Shown piece by piece: positions 51,187 through 61,503 of a DNA stretch of 64,000 nt. The notes beneath the pieces were generated by a model. That model was given only the letters and a program-made list of their open reading frames with translations. It searched no databases and had not been told where the DNA came from. A program made the translations under genes and the position numbers. The stretch is from Elusimicrobiota bacterium (lineage in GTDB: Bacteria; Elusimicrobiota; Elusimicrobia; UBA1565): positions 32,001-96,000 of the forward strand of contig JBDRPD010000108.1 of NCBI GenBank assembly GCA_043827405.1, read 5' to 3'. The number at the start of each line of letters is the position of its first letter. Position 1 is the stretch's first letter.

Positions 51187-52746
51187 ATGACAAAATCGAA
51201 TGCGGACCGCGGCAAAACGGCGCAGGAGCTGGAAATCCTGCTGCGCGCGCGCTGCACCCTCGTCGTCCTGGTGACCCATGAGGAACCCCGGGCGCTCGAT
51301 ATCGTCAAGGGCGTATGCGTGCGGCGCGGGCGCCCCTGCTACAGCTGGGACATCGCCGACGGCTTCACGGCGCTGACTACGGAGAAAACTCCCATCCAGT
51401 CCGCGAACAAGGCGCTGACGGCGCTCGGCCGCATCCGTAAGGGGCCCGACAATGCCGTCTACGTGCTGACCGATTTTCACGCCCTGTGGTCCGACCAGCA
51501 GATCAAGCGCCGCCTGCGCTCCGTCACCCAGGAATTGACCTTCACCCGCAAGACCATTGTGGTCACGACGCCGTCTTCGGATATCCCCGAGGAGCTCAAG
51601 GACCGGGCGGTGATCCTGCACCTGCCCTTGCCCGACGAAGAGGATCTCGGCCGCGCCCTCGATGAGCTCCTGCAGAACCCGGATATCCAGATTAAGGTAG
51701 ACCAGGATCAGCGCCGCCGGCTGCTCCAGGCCGCGCTCGGCCTGACCTATTCGCAGGCGCAGCGGGTCTTCGCCAAAGGGATCGTCGCCGACGGCAGCCT
51801 GCATGAGAGCGACATCGCGCTGGTGGTGCAGGAGAAGAAAGAGATCATCCGCGACAGCAAGGCGCTGGAGTTCTACTCCGTGCAGGAAACCCCCGCCAAC
51901 GTGGGCGGCCTCGGCGTTCTCAAGGAGTGGTTCAAGCTGCGGGAGAAGGCCTTCAGCCCCGAAGCGAAAGAATACGGCCTGCCGATCCCCAAGGGCATCG
52001 CCCTTATCGGCATCCCGGGCACGGGCAAAACCCTGTCGGCCAAGATGATCGGCAATCTCTGGGGCCTGCCGCTGGTGCGCTTCGACGTGGGCGCCTTGTT
52101 CGGCAGCTTTGTAGGCGAGTCGGAAGAGCGCACCCGCAAAGCCCTGCGCCTGGCGGAAGCCGTGTCGCCCTGCATCCTGTGGATCGACGAGATGGAGAAG
52201 GCCTTGGCCCACGGCGGCAACGACAGCGGTACCAGCACCCGGGTCTTCGGCTCGATCCTCACCTGGATGGCGGAAAAGACCGCGCCCTGCTTTGTGGTCG
52301 CCACCGCCAACGACATCTCGCGCCTGCCCCCGGAGCTGCTGCGGCGCGGACGCTTCGATGAAATATTCTTTCTCGACCTGCCGACGCCGGAAGAGCGCGC
52401 GGACATACTCGCCGTACATATCCGCAAACGCGGACGCGAACCCGAAAAGTACGACCTCAAAACGCTCGCGGCGGCCTCTCCCGGCTATACCGGAGCGGAA
52501 CTCGAGAACGCCATCACCGATTCGATGTACGCCGCCTTCAGCGAACAGCGCGAATTCAGCACCGACGACATCCTCGCCGCCCTCAAGCGGCTGGTGCCGC
52601 TGTCGGTCTCCCAGCGCGAACGGGTAGCCTACCTGCGCAACTGGCTCATGGAAGGCCGGGCCCAAAGCGCCTCCTTCCCCGCCGCCGCCGACGCCAAAAA
52701 AGCCTTCGTCGAACCGCCCCCGGTCGATAGTCCCAGCGCCCGGTAG
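51187..52746 (+). CDS. AAA+ ATPase, Ycf46-like
   Basis: THEEPR N-domain, [42 protein letters not shown]. Confidence 0.88.
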   Translation: MTKSNADRGKTAQELEILLRARCTLVVLVTHEEPRALDIVKGVCVRRGRPCYSWDIADGFTALTTEKTPIQSANKALTALGRIRKGPDNAVYVLTDFHALWSDQQIKRRLRSVTQELTFTRKTIVVTTPSSDIPEELKDRAVILHLPLPDEEDLGRALDELLQNPDIQIKVDQDQRRRLLQAALGLTYSQAQRVFAKGIVADGSLHESDIALVVQEKKEIIRDSKALEFYSVQETPANVGGLGVLKEWFKLREKAFSPEAKEYGLPIPKGIALIGIPGTGKTLSAKMIGNLWGLPLVRFDVGALFGSFVGESEERTRKALRLAEAVSPCILWIDEMEKALAHGGNDSGTSTRVFGSILTWMAEKTAPCFVVATANDISRLPPELLRRGRFDEIFFLDLPTPEERADILAVHIRKRGREPEKYDLKTLAAASPGYTGAELENAITDSMYAAFSEQREFSTDDILAALKRLVPLSVSQRERVAYLRNWLMEGRAQSASFPAAADAKKAFVEPPPVDSPSAR

Positions 52747-52816
52747 GGCCTCTACCCGACGAGCCTTAGGCCTTTAGCTTCCTCCCTTTTCCCCGTCCGC
52801 TTGGTAGCATGAGGCG

Positions 52817-55474
52817 GTGAAGAGCGCGCTCCGCCTGCTTCTCGTATTGTCTATAGCCTGCCCGCCCGGCGTCCAGGCGGGCGGCATTGTAACATCCGTT
52901 CCGGCCGCGGCCGGGAGCATGCCGGCGGCCGCCGCGGGTGCGGCCGCGCTCGGCGCCCGCTTCGGCGACCCGGCCGTCGGCGCGGCGCTGATCGACTACC
53001 GCCTGTCGACGCGCGATATGATCCGCGGCTACCGGGCGGCCGAGGCCGAGCTCTCCGCCGCCGCCGACGCGGTCGCCGCCATCCCCGCAGCCGAGCGCAC
53101 CTTCGCCAATACGGTACTGGCCCTGGAGAACGCCGATGCGGTCTTCAGCGAAAAGACCCGCCCCTACTCGTTTCTCGCCGACGTCTCCCCGGACAAAAAC
53201 GCGCGCCGCGCGGGCAACGCCATCGAGCGCCGGCGCGGCCGCTTCTTTCTCGCCTACGGCGACCGCGATGATATTTACCGCGCCTACAAGGAATATGCCG
53301 CCAAGGGCGAGCAGCTTACAGGCGAGGACAAGCTGCTCCTCGACGATATCCTGCGCGCCTATAAAATGCGCGGCATGGACCGGCCGCTGGCCGAGCGCAT
53401 CAACCTCAAAGCCATCCACCAGCGCCTCGACGAGCTCTCCCAGAACTTCGAGAACAACCTGGCGGAGCTCGACGGCGCGATCGAAGTAGACCTCGCCGAC
53501 CTCAAAGGCCTGCCGCCGGACTACATCGACGAGCTGAAGACGACTCCGGCCGGCAAGCGCCGGGTGACCCTGGACGATCCCACCTATTGGCCTTTCATGC
53601 GGCTGGCCCGCAGCCCCGAACTCAGACGGCAGCTGCACGAGAAGCGCGAGACCCGCGCCGCCGAGAAGAACGTGCCGATCCTGGAGGAAGCGCTGGTCAA
53701 GCGCCGCGAGCTCGCGGGCCTGATGAAGTTCAAGAACTACGCCGACATGGTCATCGCGGAGGAGATGGCCGGATCAGCGCACAATGTCTGGAAGTTCCTC
53801 AAACGAATAGGCGGGCTGCTGCGCGGTCCCGCCCGCGAGGAGACGGCCGCGCTGCTGGAAGAGAAGCGGCGGGAATACCCCGCAGCGCAGCAGGTGCGCG
53901 ACTGGGAACGGCTCTACTACTCCACCAAGCTCAAGAAGCGGCGCTACGACTTCGAGAACGAGGAAGCGCGCGAGTACTTCCCCGCGGACACCGTGGTTAA
54001 AGGCACCCTCGAAGTCTATCAAGAACTGCTGGGCCTGGAGTTCCAGCGCGTCCCCGCCCAGGCTTGGCACGAAGACGTGGAGCTTTACACCGTAGCCGAC
54101 GCCGCCAGCGGCCGCCGCCTCGGCTATTTCTACATGGACCTTCTGCCCCGCCGGGGCAAGTACGGGCATAACGCGATGTTCCCGCTCATCGACGGGCACC
54201 GGCTGCCCGACGGCGGCTACCGCATGCCGGTGGCGGCGCTGATCGCCAACCTCGCCAAGAAGCGCGGCGACCAGCCGGGGCTGATGTATCACGGCGACGT
54301 CGAGACCTTCTTCCACGAGTTCGGCCATGTCATGCACCATGTCCTGACCGAGGCCCGCTACGTCGGCTACTCCGGGACCAATGTCGCCATGGACTTCGTG
54401 GAGATGCCGTCCCAGATGATGGAGAACTTCGTCTGGCAGCCGGAGATCCTGGCCAAGATCTCCGGCCACTATCAGGATCGCGCCAAAAAGCTGCCGCCGG
54501 CGCTTCTCGGCAAGATGCTGGCCGCCCGCAATTTCATGAGCGCCACCGCGAACCTCTGGCAGGTGGCCTTCGCGGCCATGGACCTGGCGTTCAACACCGT
54601 CAAGCCGCCGGTGGACACCACCGCGCTCCTGCGCCGCGTCTATAAGGCGGTGGGCGTTCCGGTCCCGGAGGCGAACGAGCGCTCACAGGCCAGCTTCGGC
54701 CACCTCATCGGCGGCTATGCGGCGCGCTACTACGGCTATCTCTGGTCCGAGGTCTATGCCAAGGACGCCTTCTCCGTCATCAAGGCCGCGGGAGTGCTTA
54801 ATCCCGCGATCGGCATGCGCTACCGGCAGACCATCCTGCGGCGCGGCTCAAGCGTGGAGGAAGCCCGGCTGCTGCGCGATTTCCTGGGCCGCGAGCCGAG
54901 CGAGCGGGCCTTTCTCGAATCGTTGGGAATCGCGCCGCAGGAGAAGCCGGACGCCCCCGGCGTGACGCCGGAGCAGGCGCGCGAGATACTCAACAGGCTC
55001 GCGGCCAAGGCCCGCCTGCGCCGGACGCCCGTACTCGACATCGTAGAGTCTTTCCGCACCAATGCCGCCGCCCACAAGCGGGGCTGGAAGATCGAAGCCA
55101 CGACCGCGCTCCTGGCCTTTCTCAACGCCGGCGAACTGGAGGCGGTATTCGCGCATGAGATAGGGCATCTGAAGGGCGGGACCTGGCGGGTCTTTCTCAA
55201 TGTGGCCCTGCCGCCGCTGTTGGCCCAAGCCGTCGGCATCCTGGCCCTGATGGGCCTTTTCCCCTGGAATATCATGCTCGGCGGCATCGCGTCTTTGGCC
55301 GCGCTCTTCTGGAGCGTACCACGCTACTTCGAGCGCGAGGAATTCGCCGCCGACCGGATCGCGGCGCGGCTGCTGGACAACGGCACCCGGTTGGCTCAGG
55401 TACTGCGCAAGCTCCCCGGCTCGATCACGGATCCGAGAGTCCCCGAGCGCGTCCGCCGGCTTAACAACGAGTAA
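52817..55474 (+). CDS. Secreted M3A oligopeptidase fused to C-terminal M48 (HtpX-like) domain
   Basis: FHEFGH, DFVEMPSQ, GYAARYYGYLWS; second HEIGH + TM + EEFAAD. Confidence 0.85.
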   Translation: MKSALRLLLVLSIACPPGVQAGGIVTSVPAAAGSMPAAAAGAAALGARFGDPAVGAALIDYRLSTRDMIRGYRAAEAELSAAADAVAAIPAAERTFANTVLALENADAVFSEKTRPYSFLADVSPDKNARRAGNAIERRRGRFFLAYGDRDDIYRAYKEYAAKGEQLTGEDKLLLDDILRAYKMRGMDRPLAERINLKAIHQRLDELSQNFENNLAELDGAIEVDLADLKGLPPDYIDELKTTPAGKRRVTLDDPTYWPFMRLARSPELRRQLHEKRETRAAEKNVPILEEALVKRRELAGLMKFKNYADMVIAEEMAGSAHNVWKFLKRIGGLLRGPAREETAALLEEKRREYPAAQQVRDWERLYYSTKLKKRRYDFENEEAREYFPADTVVKGTLEVYQELLGLEFQRVPAQAWHEDVELYTVADAASGRRLGYFYMDLLPRRGKYGHNAMFPLIDGHRLPDGGYRMPVAALIANLAKKRGDQPGLMYHGDVETFFHEFGHVMHHVLTEARYVGYSGTNVAMDFVEMPSQMMENFVWQPEILAKISGHYQDRAKKLPPALLGKMLAARNFMSATANLWQVAFAAMDLAFNTVKPPVDTTALLRRVYKAVGVPVPEANERSQASFGHLIGGYAARYYGYLWSEVYAKDAFSVIKAAGVLNPAIGMRYRQTILRRGSSVEEARLLRDFLGREPSERAFLESLGIAPQEKPDAPGVTPEQAREILNRLAAKARLRRTPVLDIVESFRTNAAAHKRGWKIEATTALLAFLNAGELEAVFAHEIGHLKGGTWRVFLNVALPPLLAQAVGILALMGLFPWNIMLGGIASLAALFWSVPRYFEREEFAADRIAARLLDNGTRLAQVLRKLPGSITDPRVPERVRRLNNE

Positions 55475-55556
55475 AAACCCCCCACTTTCCTCACCCCTCC
55501 AAAGTCGCCTCTATTTGTTCTTGAATTTTTCAGCGGAAGCTGTTAAGTTTGAAGGG

Positions 55557-55886
55557 ATGAACAAGCTTCTCGTTTTGCTTGTCCTGGCCGCCGCGGGCGG
55601 AGGAGTTTACTGGCTTTTCAGCGGCAGCGAGCCCCCGGACATCACCGATGAACGGGCCAAAGAAATCGCGGAGGGGGCTATTTACGATTTCGCCCAAGAG
55701 GAGTCGGGGGATTTCGTGGATTTTATCGCCCAGGGTGAACAGCCGCCGAAAGATGAAAAGTACAAGTGGGCTTTTCACTTCAAGAACACCAAGCATCGGC
55801 CCTGCCTCGAGGTGATCATTCTAGTGACCGGAAAGGGTGAAAAAGATATCGAGATGGAGGGGATCACTTGCCCCCCGGGAGACTGA
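55557..55886 (+). CDS. Small N-terminally anchored hypothetical protein
   Basis: MNKLLVLLVLAAAGGGVYW anchor; TTGAAT-17-TAAGTT upstream. Confidence 0.6.
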   Translation: MNKLLVLLVLAAAGGGVYWLFSGSEPPDITDERAKEIAEGAIYDFAQEESGDFVDFIAQGEQPPKDEKYKWAFHFKNTKHRPCLEVIILVTGKGEKDIEMEGITCPPGD

Positions 55887-56344
55887 GCCGCGGCTTTACT
55901 TTGATCGAGCTGATGATCGTCGTCGCGATCATCGGGATTCTTTCCATGGTCGCCATCCCGAAGTTCGCCGACATGGTGCGCAAGTCGCACGAGGGCGCAA
56001 CCAAAGGGAACCTCGCCGCCCTGCGCTCCGCCATCCAAATCTACTACGGCGACACCGAGGGCACCTACCCGACAAACAGCTATTCCACCAACTCCTCCGT
56101 GCTGACCAACGCTTTGGTCCCGACCTACATCAACGCCATCCCGATTAGCCGCGCCTCCCCTTACCATGATCCTTCCACTAAGGTCTACTGCCACCGGTCT
56201 ATCTGGGGCACGGGCACGCACCAGCACGACGGCTGGGGTTGGATTTACGACGGCGATAAAGCGTACCTGGACGCTAATCTTGGAAAGGTCTGGGTCGGCT
56301 GCACGCATACCGACAAGAACGGAAGCAACTGGACGCAGTACTAG
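55868..56344 (+). CDS. Type IV pilin / type II secretion pseudopilin
   Basis: RG|FTLIELMIVVAIIGIL N-methylation motif, AIPKF, YYGDTEGTYP. Confidence 0.92.
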   Translation: MPPGRLSRGFTLIELMIVVAIIGILSMVAIPKFADMVRKSHEGATKGNLAALRSAIQIYYGDTEGTYPTNSYSTNSSVLTNALVPTYINAIPISRASPYHDPSTKVYCHRSIWGTGTHQHDGWGWIYDGDKAYLDANLGKVWVGCTHTDKNGSNWTQY

Positions 56345-56375
56345 CTGCCTACAGCAAGAAATCCAGGCAGCTTGT

Positions 56376-56391
56376 CCCGCCGTAAGGCGGG
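56376..56391. terminator. GC hairpin between convergent genes
   Basis: CCCGCC-GTAA-GGCGGG, with an AGCTGCCT/AGGCAGCT inverted repeat just upstream; no U-tract. Confidence 0.35.
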
Positions 56392-56392
56392 G

Positions 56393-57148
56393 CTAAGTCC
56401 GCGTTGCCTCGTAAAACAGCACCGCCGCCGCCGCCGAGACATTGAGGCTGTCCACCTTCCCGCGCATCGGCAGAGCGATCGCCGTAATATCCTCACCCCG
56501 CCAGGCATCGGTCAGGCCCGCGGCCTCGCTGCCCAGCGCGATGGCGCAGCGCCCGGAGTAATCCGCCTTGGCATGCGGTATCGCCCCGTCCACGCGGGCC
56601 GCGAGAATGCGAAACCTGCTGCGGCGCAGCCAGTCGCGCGCCGCCGCCGCATCGCAGGCGGCGACCGGCACGGTGAAGATCGCGCCCAGGCTGGCGCGGA
56701 TGGTGTTGGGATTGTAGAGGTCGGTGCCGCCGTCGACGACCAAGAGCGCGGCCAGGCCGGCGGCGTCGGCAGTGCGCAGCACGGCGCCGACATTGCCGGG
56801 CTTCTCCACCCCCTCCAGAACGGCCACGACGGCATTCCCGGAAACGGACAGCTTATCCAGCGAAACCGCGGGGATATCGGCGACGGCGACCAGCCCTTCG
56901 TCCCGGTTGCCGTAGGCCAGCTTGGCGAAAACCGCCGGGCTCACTTCGAAGATCTCCGCCTTGCCGATCTTGGGCGCCGGCGCCGCGCCGCATATAAACA
57001 GCTCGCGCACCGCGACCCCGGCGGCGGCCGCCCGCTCGATTTCGCGCCGGCCGTCGATAATCATCCGGCCCTGCTGGGCGCGTCCGCGCCGGTCGCGCAG
57101 CCGGACCGCCGACTTGATGCGCGGATTCTGCACGCTGGTGATCTTCAT
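56393..57148 (-). CDS. TrmH/SpoU family RNA methyltransferase
   Basis: ITSVQNPRIK, EKPGNVGAVLRTADA, IRASLG, LGSEAAGL, DSLNVS. Confidence 0.92.
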   Translation of the reverse strand: MKITSVQNPRIKSAVRLRDRRGRAQQGRMIIDGRREIERAAAAGVAVRELFICGAAPAPKIGKAEIFEVSPAVFAKLAYGNRDEGLVAVADIPAVSLDKLSVSGNAVVAVLEGVEKPGNVGAVLRTADAAGLAALLVVDGGTDLYNPNTIRASLGAIFTVPVAACDAAAARDWLRRSRFRILAARVDGAIPHAKADYSGRCAIALGSEAAGLTDAWRGEDITAIALPMRGKVDSLNVSAAAAVLFYEATRT

Positions 57149-57185
57149 CTGCGGGTATTCTATTTCATTTTGCGCCGCCGCGCCC

Positions 57186-57214
57186 TTGACGCCCGGCGCG
57201 GCAGTTCCTATCCT
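57186..57214 (+). promoter_or_regulatory. Sigma70 promoter giving a probable leaderless transcript
   Basis: TTGACG-17 nt-TATCCT, 6 nt before ATG 57221. Confidence 0.6.
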
Positions 57215-57220
57215 TCCAGC

Positions 57221-58048
57221 ATGAAGCTGCTGCAGGCCGTGCGCGAAAAATATCCGCAGCTGTCGCGGAAAAAGGCCCGCGCGCTGCTGCGCGCCGGAAA
57301 AATTCGGCTCAATAAACGCCGAGCGAAAATCTCCGACCGGGTACGGGCCGCCGATACCGTAAGTATCCCGCGCGAGCACCTAGCGGATCATCTAACAGCC
57401 AACAGCGCGCTGAAGATATCCGTACTGAAGGAGACCGCCGAATTCCTATTCCTACGCAAGCCCTCCGGAGTCCACTCAGTAGCACAAGACTTCGCGGATA
57501 CAAACTCCGTCGCCAACTGGCTGCTGAGCCATGATCCCGGCTGCGCCGCGCTGCACCCGCTGGAATGCGGCCTCGCCCACCGGCTGGATTACGAAACCTC
57601 GGGCGTGATGGTCGCGGCAAAAACAAAAACGGCGCTCGCCTTCCTGCGCCGGGCCTTTAAAGAAAGGCGCGTCGAAAAGATATATACCTGTCTGGTTTCG
57701 GGAGAGCCCCTCGCTCGCGGCGTTTACCGGGCCTCTGCGAGACCGGGAGCCAAGTCCGCCAAAAAGGTCCGGCTGTCGCCGCAGGCCGCGGGCGGCCCGG
57801 AACTGATCACCGAAGTCCGGTCCTGCCGCAGAGCGGGCAAATATTATCGGCTCACCCTCCAGCTCATCACCGGGTACCGTCATCAGCTGCGCGCCCAGCT
57901 CGCCCTGCTCGAGCGCCCGATCGCGGGCGATCCGCTCTACGGCGGCGCCCCCGCCCCGCGGCTCATGCTGCATGCGCGATCATTGGCTTTTCAGCACGCA
58001 GGCCGCGCCTGCTCGGCCGCTTCTCCGGCGCGTTTTCCCGTCCGCTAG
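57221..58048 (+). CDS. RluA/RluD-family pseudouridine synthase
   Basis: S4-like N-terminus, KPSG, HRLDYETSG, TGYRHQLR, GDPLYG, MLHA. Confidence 0.9.
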   Translation: MKLLQAVREKYPQLSRKKARALLRAGKIRLNKRRAKISDRVRAADTVSIPREHLADHLTANSALKISVLKETAEFLFLRKPSGVHSVAQDFADTNSVANWLLSHDPGCAALHPLECGLAHRLDYETSGVMVAAKTKTALAFLRRAFKERRVEKIYTCLVSGEPLARGVYRASARPGAKSAKKVRLSPQAAGGPELITEVRSCRRAGKYYRLTLQLITGYRHQLRAQLALLERPIAGDPLYGGAPAPRLMLHARSLAFQHAGRACSAASPARFPVR

Positions 58049-58138
58049 CCGCCTTCCGCTGTAATGGTTTGGCGGGCCCACGCGACTCATTATCAGCACC
58101 ATGAATATGCCGATACAAGCAACCGGAGGCTGGCTGCA

Positions 58139-59200
58139 ATGAAATTCCAAAAAATCACATACCTGGTATTATGCGGTCTGCTGACCGCGTCTTTCGCCGG
58201 CGCGGAAGCGACATGGAGGTCCGGCATGGTGGATAAAAGCGATCTCAAAAAGCGGCTGACGCCCATCCAATACGAGGTCACCCAGCAGGAAGGTACGGAA
58301 CGGCCGTTTCGCAACGAATACTGGAACCACAAAGAAGCCGGCATCTACGTGGATATCGTCTCCGGGGAGCCGCTGTTTAGTTCCCTCGACAAATACGATT
58401 CGAAAACGGGCTGGCCCAGTTTTACCCGCGCGCTGGAACCGGAACATGTGGTTGAGCGTAAAGACAGCAAGCTCTGGATGACGCGAGTCGAAGTGCGCAG
58501 CAAGCAGGCCGATTCCCACCTCGGGCACGTCTTCGATGACGGGCCCGCGCCGACCGGCAAGCGCTACTGCATCAACTCGGCGGCGCTGCGGTTCGTCCCG
58601 TCAGCCGAACTCGAAAAGGAAGGGTACACCCGCTACGCCGCCCTCTTTAACGGCAGCGCCGCGCTGGCTAAGGCGACGTTCGCGGGCGGCTGCTTCTGGT
58701 GCATGGAGCCGCCGTTCGAGAAGCTCGACGGAGTCAAGGATGCGGTGTCCGGCTACATGGGCGGACAGGTCAAAGACCCCAGCTATGAACAGGTCTCCGC
58801 CGGCGGGACCGGACATGCTGAGGTTGTGCAGGTCCTCTACGATCCGCGCCGGGTCTCTTACGAGACGCTGCTGGACGCCTTTTGGCGCAGCGTCGACCCG
58901 ACCACCAGGGACCGCCAATTTGTCGACGTCGGCACGCAGTACCGAACCGCCGTCTTCTATCATGACGAGGAGCAGCGCAAAGCCGCTATCGCCTCACGCG
59001 ACAAGCTGGTAAACGCCAAACGATTCGGCGCTCCTATCGTTACCGAAATTACGCGCGCCGGGGACTTCTACCGGGCGGAGGATTATCATCAGGACTACTA
59101 CAAGAAAAATCCCGTCCGCTACAAATGGTACCGCTACCATTCCGGGCGCGACAAGTATCTGGATGCGACCTGGAAGGATGAAAAAGCCGGCCGGATGTAG
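58139..59200 (+). CDS. msrAB: Exported bifunctional methionine sulfoxide reductase (MsrB-MsrA order)
   Basis: Signal peptide; GWPSF, HLGHVF, RYCINS (MsrB); [21 protein letters not shown] (MsrA). Confidence 0.93.
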   Translation: MKFQKITYLVLCGLLTASFAGAEATWRSGMVDKSDLKKRLTPIQYEVTQQEGTERPFRNEYWNHKEAGIYVDIVSGEPLFSSLDKYDSKTGWPSFTRALEPEHVVERKDSKLWMTRVEVRSKQADSHLGHVFDDGPAPTGKRYCINSAALRFVPSAELEKEGYTRYAALFNGSAALAKATFAGGCFWCMEPPFEKLDGVKDAVSGYMGGQVKDPSYEQVSAGGTGHAEVVQVLYDPRRVSYETLLDAFWRSVDPTTRDRQFVDVGTQYRTAVFYHDEEQRKAAIASRDKLVNAKRFGAPIVTEITRAGDFYRAEDYHQDYYKKNPVRYKWYRYHSGRDKYLDATWKDEKAGRM

Positions 59201-59990
59201 GCTCCGGCTTACGCTCTGCGTCGCCGCCTGGATCACGGCATCCGCCGCCGACGCCTCTCCCCTGTCGGGCAGCGCGGAACTGACCGCCGGCGATGCCGGC
59301 TATCTCAGACACGGCCTAAGCCTGGGCGTCCGCGGCGCGGGCGTCCGATACGAGGCGTACGACGACGCGAACACGCCGCATCCCATCCATCTATTCGGCG
59401 CCGACATCGGCCGCGCCATTGGCCCCGCGCGAATAACGCTGACCGGAGAATCGATCCCGGGCGCCGACGGCTACCGCATGCACGGCGGCGGCGGCGAACT
59501 GGAATGGACGCCGCGCGAACCGCAGCGGCGCGGACTCTTCGCCCTGAACAGCTGGCGCGTCGGAGGGCTGCTCAAAGAACATACCGAAACCATCGGCGGC
59601 GAACCGGGTCAAGTCGTCACCATGCGTTCCTACGGCGAACTGCGCGGAGCCGGCGGGCCCTTCGCGCTGCGTCTTATGGCGGTCAAGGTCGGCTTCGCGC
59701 CGCACCACGGCCCCCTGCCGATCCTCCGCCATGTCCGCCTGCCGGGCGTCCTGCGGGCGGAAATGGGGACCTACCCCGATTACAGCTTCCTGCTGGAAAG
59801 CGTGCTTGCGTACGGCGGCTGGGAGCCTTTCGCGCGCTACGTCTATACCGGCTACAAGCTCGACGCCCCTGACGCGCACTATCTAGCTTTGGGTCTGCGG
59901 CGCAGCGCGGGAACCGCCGTCATCAGCGCCGAACTGCAGGGCGAGCCTGGCGCCGGGACCGTCGCGTTCCGTTTGCGGGCCGCGCGATGA
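59178..59990 (+). CDS. Hypothetical exported protein, probable outer-membrane beta-barrel
   Basis: Signal-like N-terminus and alternating hydrophobic beta-strand pattern; start uncertain. Confidence 0.5.
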   Translation: MKKPAGCRLRLTLCVAAWITASAADASPLSGSAELTAGDAGYLRHGLSLGVRGAGVRYEAYDDANTPHPIHLFGADIGRAIGPARITLTGESIPGADGYRMHGGGGELEWTPREPQRRGLFALNSWRVGGLLKEHTETIGGEPGQVVTMRSYGELRGAGGPFALRLMAVKVGFAPHHGPLPILRHVRLPGVLRAEMGTYPDYSFLLESVLAYGGWEPFARYVYTGYKLDAPDAHYLALGLRRSAGTAVISAELQGEPGAGTVAFRLRAAR

Positions 59991-61258
59991 TACGCGCGAC
60001 AGCGCTGGCCCTATGCGTCCTGCTCCCCTCCTCCGCCGGCGCCGAAGTTCTCGACGCTTTTGACCTGAGCGCTACGCGGACCCGAATTCCCGTTCTGCGC
60101 GATCTGCTGGAAACGCGGCCGGGCGTGGAATTCACTCCCCAAATATGGCGGCAGGACATACGCCGGCTGGAAGACACCCGTCTTTTCTATGAAATTGACG
60201 CGTCGACCGCGGCGCTTAACGGCAAGCTCCGCGCCCGGCTGCGAGCCAAAAATAAATTTTCCACCATCCCCATCCTGAAATTCAAGCGCGGCGGCGGCGC
60301 CTCCGTGGTCACCGCCGGCATCTACGATGTCAATTTATTCCGCCGCCTGCTGGAAGGCGGCATCCAATACGAGTCCTTCAACGGCAAGCCCGGCTTCACC
60401 GCCTGGTTCCGCCATCCGTATTTCCCGAGCCGCCGCGACCGGGCAGGAATCGACGCGACGGCGCATACGGTAAACCTGCCGCTGCTGAGCCCCAAGGCGC
60501 ACCGCGAGGCCGATTTCGAGCATGAGGAGGTCCGGCTCAACCTGCGCTATACCCGGGAGCTGCGCTCTTGGGCGAGTGCCGGACTCGACGCGAGCATCTA
60601 CCGCAACGTATTCCGCCGCGACGACTCGACCGCCGAGAAGGCCGCCCGCAACGACACCTTCGCCGCCGCGACGCCTCTCAGTTCCGGCCGCACCGTATCC
60701 CTGACGCCGCGGCTTCGTCTCGGCCGCCTAAAAAGAGACGGCATCCAGTTGCGGGGCTTTGAAACGGAGGCCGAAGGTGAATGGTCATGGACCGGCCTCG
60801 GGTCTCAATATGAATTCATCCGCGGCAATCTGACGCTGCGCGGCGGCGCTGTCCCGCTGCCCCGGCTCAATATCGCCGCCCAGATGATGGCCGGATCCAA
60901 GACCGGTTCTGAGTTCCAACATAAGTTCTACCTAGGCGGACTCGACAGCGTGCGCGGCTTCATCGACGGACAGTTCCGGGGCAATCACGTCTGGCTGGCC
61001 AATCTGGAACTGCGTCCCACCTTACTCGAACGTCCGCGATGGGTGGTTCAGGGGAACCTATTCACCGATTGGACCAAAACCTGGGACAGCGACCGCTTCG
61101 GCCTGGAAGGCTTCAAGCATCCTTTTCTCAGCCACGGGGCCGGCTTTCGCCTTATCCTGCCGCGCGTCTACCGCGCGGTCCTGCGCGTTGATATCGCCTG
61201 GACGCGCCGTCCGGTCAAGCGCACGGGCTTCAGCATGGGACTGCAGCAGTTTTTTTAA
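59987..61258 (+). CDS. Omp85/BamA-TamA family outer-membrane protein (single POTRA-like)
   Basis: YLGGLDSVRGF motif, GAGFR, RVDIA, terminal Phe. Confidence 0.8.
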   Translation: MIRATALALCVLLPSSAGAEVLDAFDLSATRTRIPVLRDLLETRPGVEFTPQIWRQDIRRLEDTRLFYEIDASTAALNGKLRARLRAKNKFSTIPILKFKRGGGASVVTAGIYDVNLFRRLLEGGIQYESFNGKPGFTAWFRHPYFPSRRDRAGIDATAHTVNLPLLSPKAHREADFEHEEVRLNLRYTRELRSWASAGLDASIYRNVFRRDDSTAEKAARNDTFAAATPLSSGRTVSLTPRLRLGRLKRDGIQLRGFETEAEGEWSWTGLGSQYEFIRGNLTLRGGAVPLPRLNIAAQMMAGSKTGSEFQHKFYLGGLDSVRGFIDGQFRGNHVWLANLELRPTLLERPRWVVQGNLFTDWTKTWDSDRFGLEGFKHPFLSHGAGFRLILPRVYRAVLRVDIAWTRRPVKRTGFSMGLQQFF

Positions 61259-61503
61259 CGGCGGTCGCTAGCCAGCCGTTCCACGAGCTTATGCTGGAAA
61301 CGCTCCATATCCGCACCGGCCATCCGGCGCTCCAGCCCGTGGCGCAGGGCCGAGGAAATGAGACGCAGCTGCCGCACGAACATGGCGCACGGAGGGCAGA
61401 TCCTGACGTGCAGCCACCCGGACAAACGCGTCGGCCAAGCGGCGTCTTCGAGATCGCCGCGTGCCTTCGCTTCTACGAAATGCCGACAGTTCAGGAGAAT
61501 CAT
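61255..61503 (-). CDS. Zinc-finger (zf-HC2) anti-sigma factor
   Basis: LNC..HVRICPPC; overlaps ECF sigma stop. Confidence 0.82.
   Translation of the reverse strand: MILLNCRHFVEAKARGDLEDAAWPTRLSGWLHVRICPPCAMFVRQLRLISSALRHGLERRMAGADMERFQHKLVERLASDRR

Noticed and set aside
56372..57220. N-terminal half of the 558-aa ORF as a pseudouridine synthase fusion
   Set aside because: It is antisense to the TrmH-family gene; the promoter and S4 domain point to a start at 57221
58139..59200. Selenocysteine or recoding in Msr
   Set aside because: Catalytic positions are ordinary Cys codons and there is no in-frame TGA
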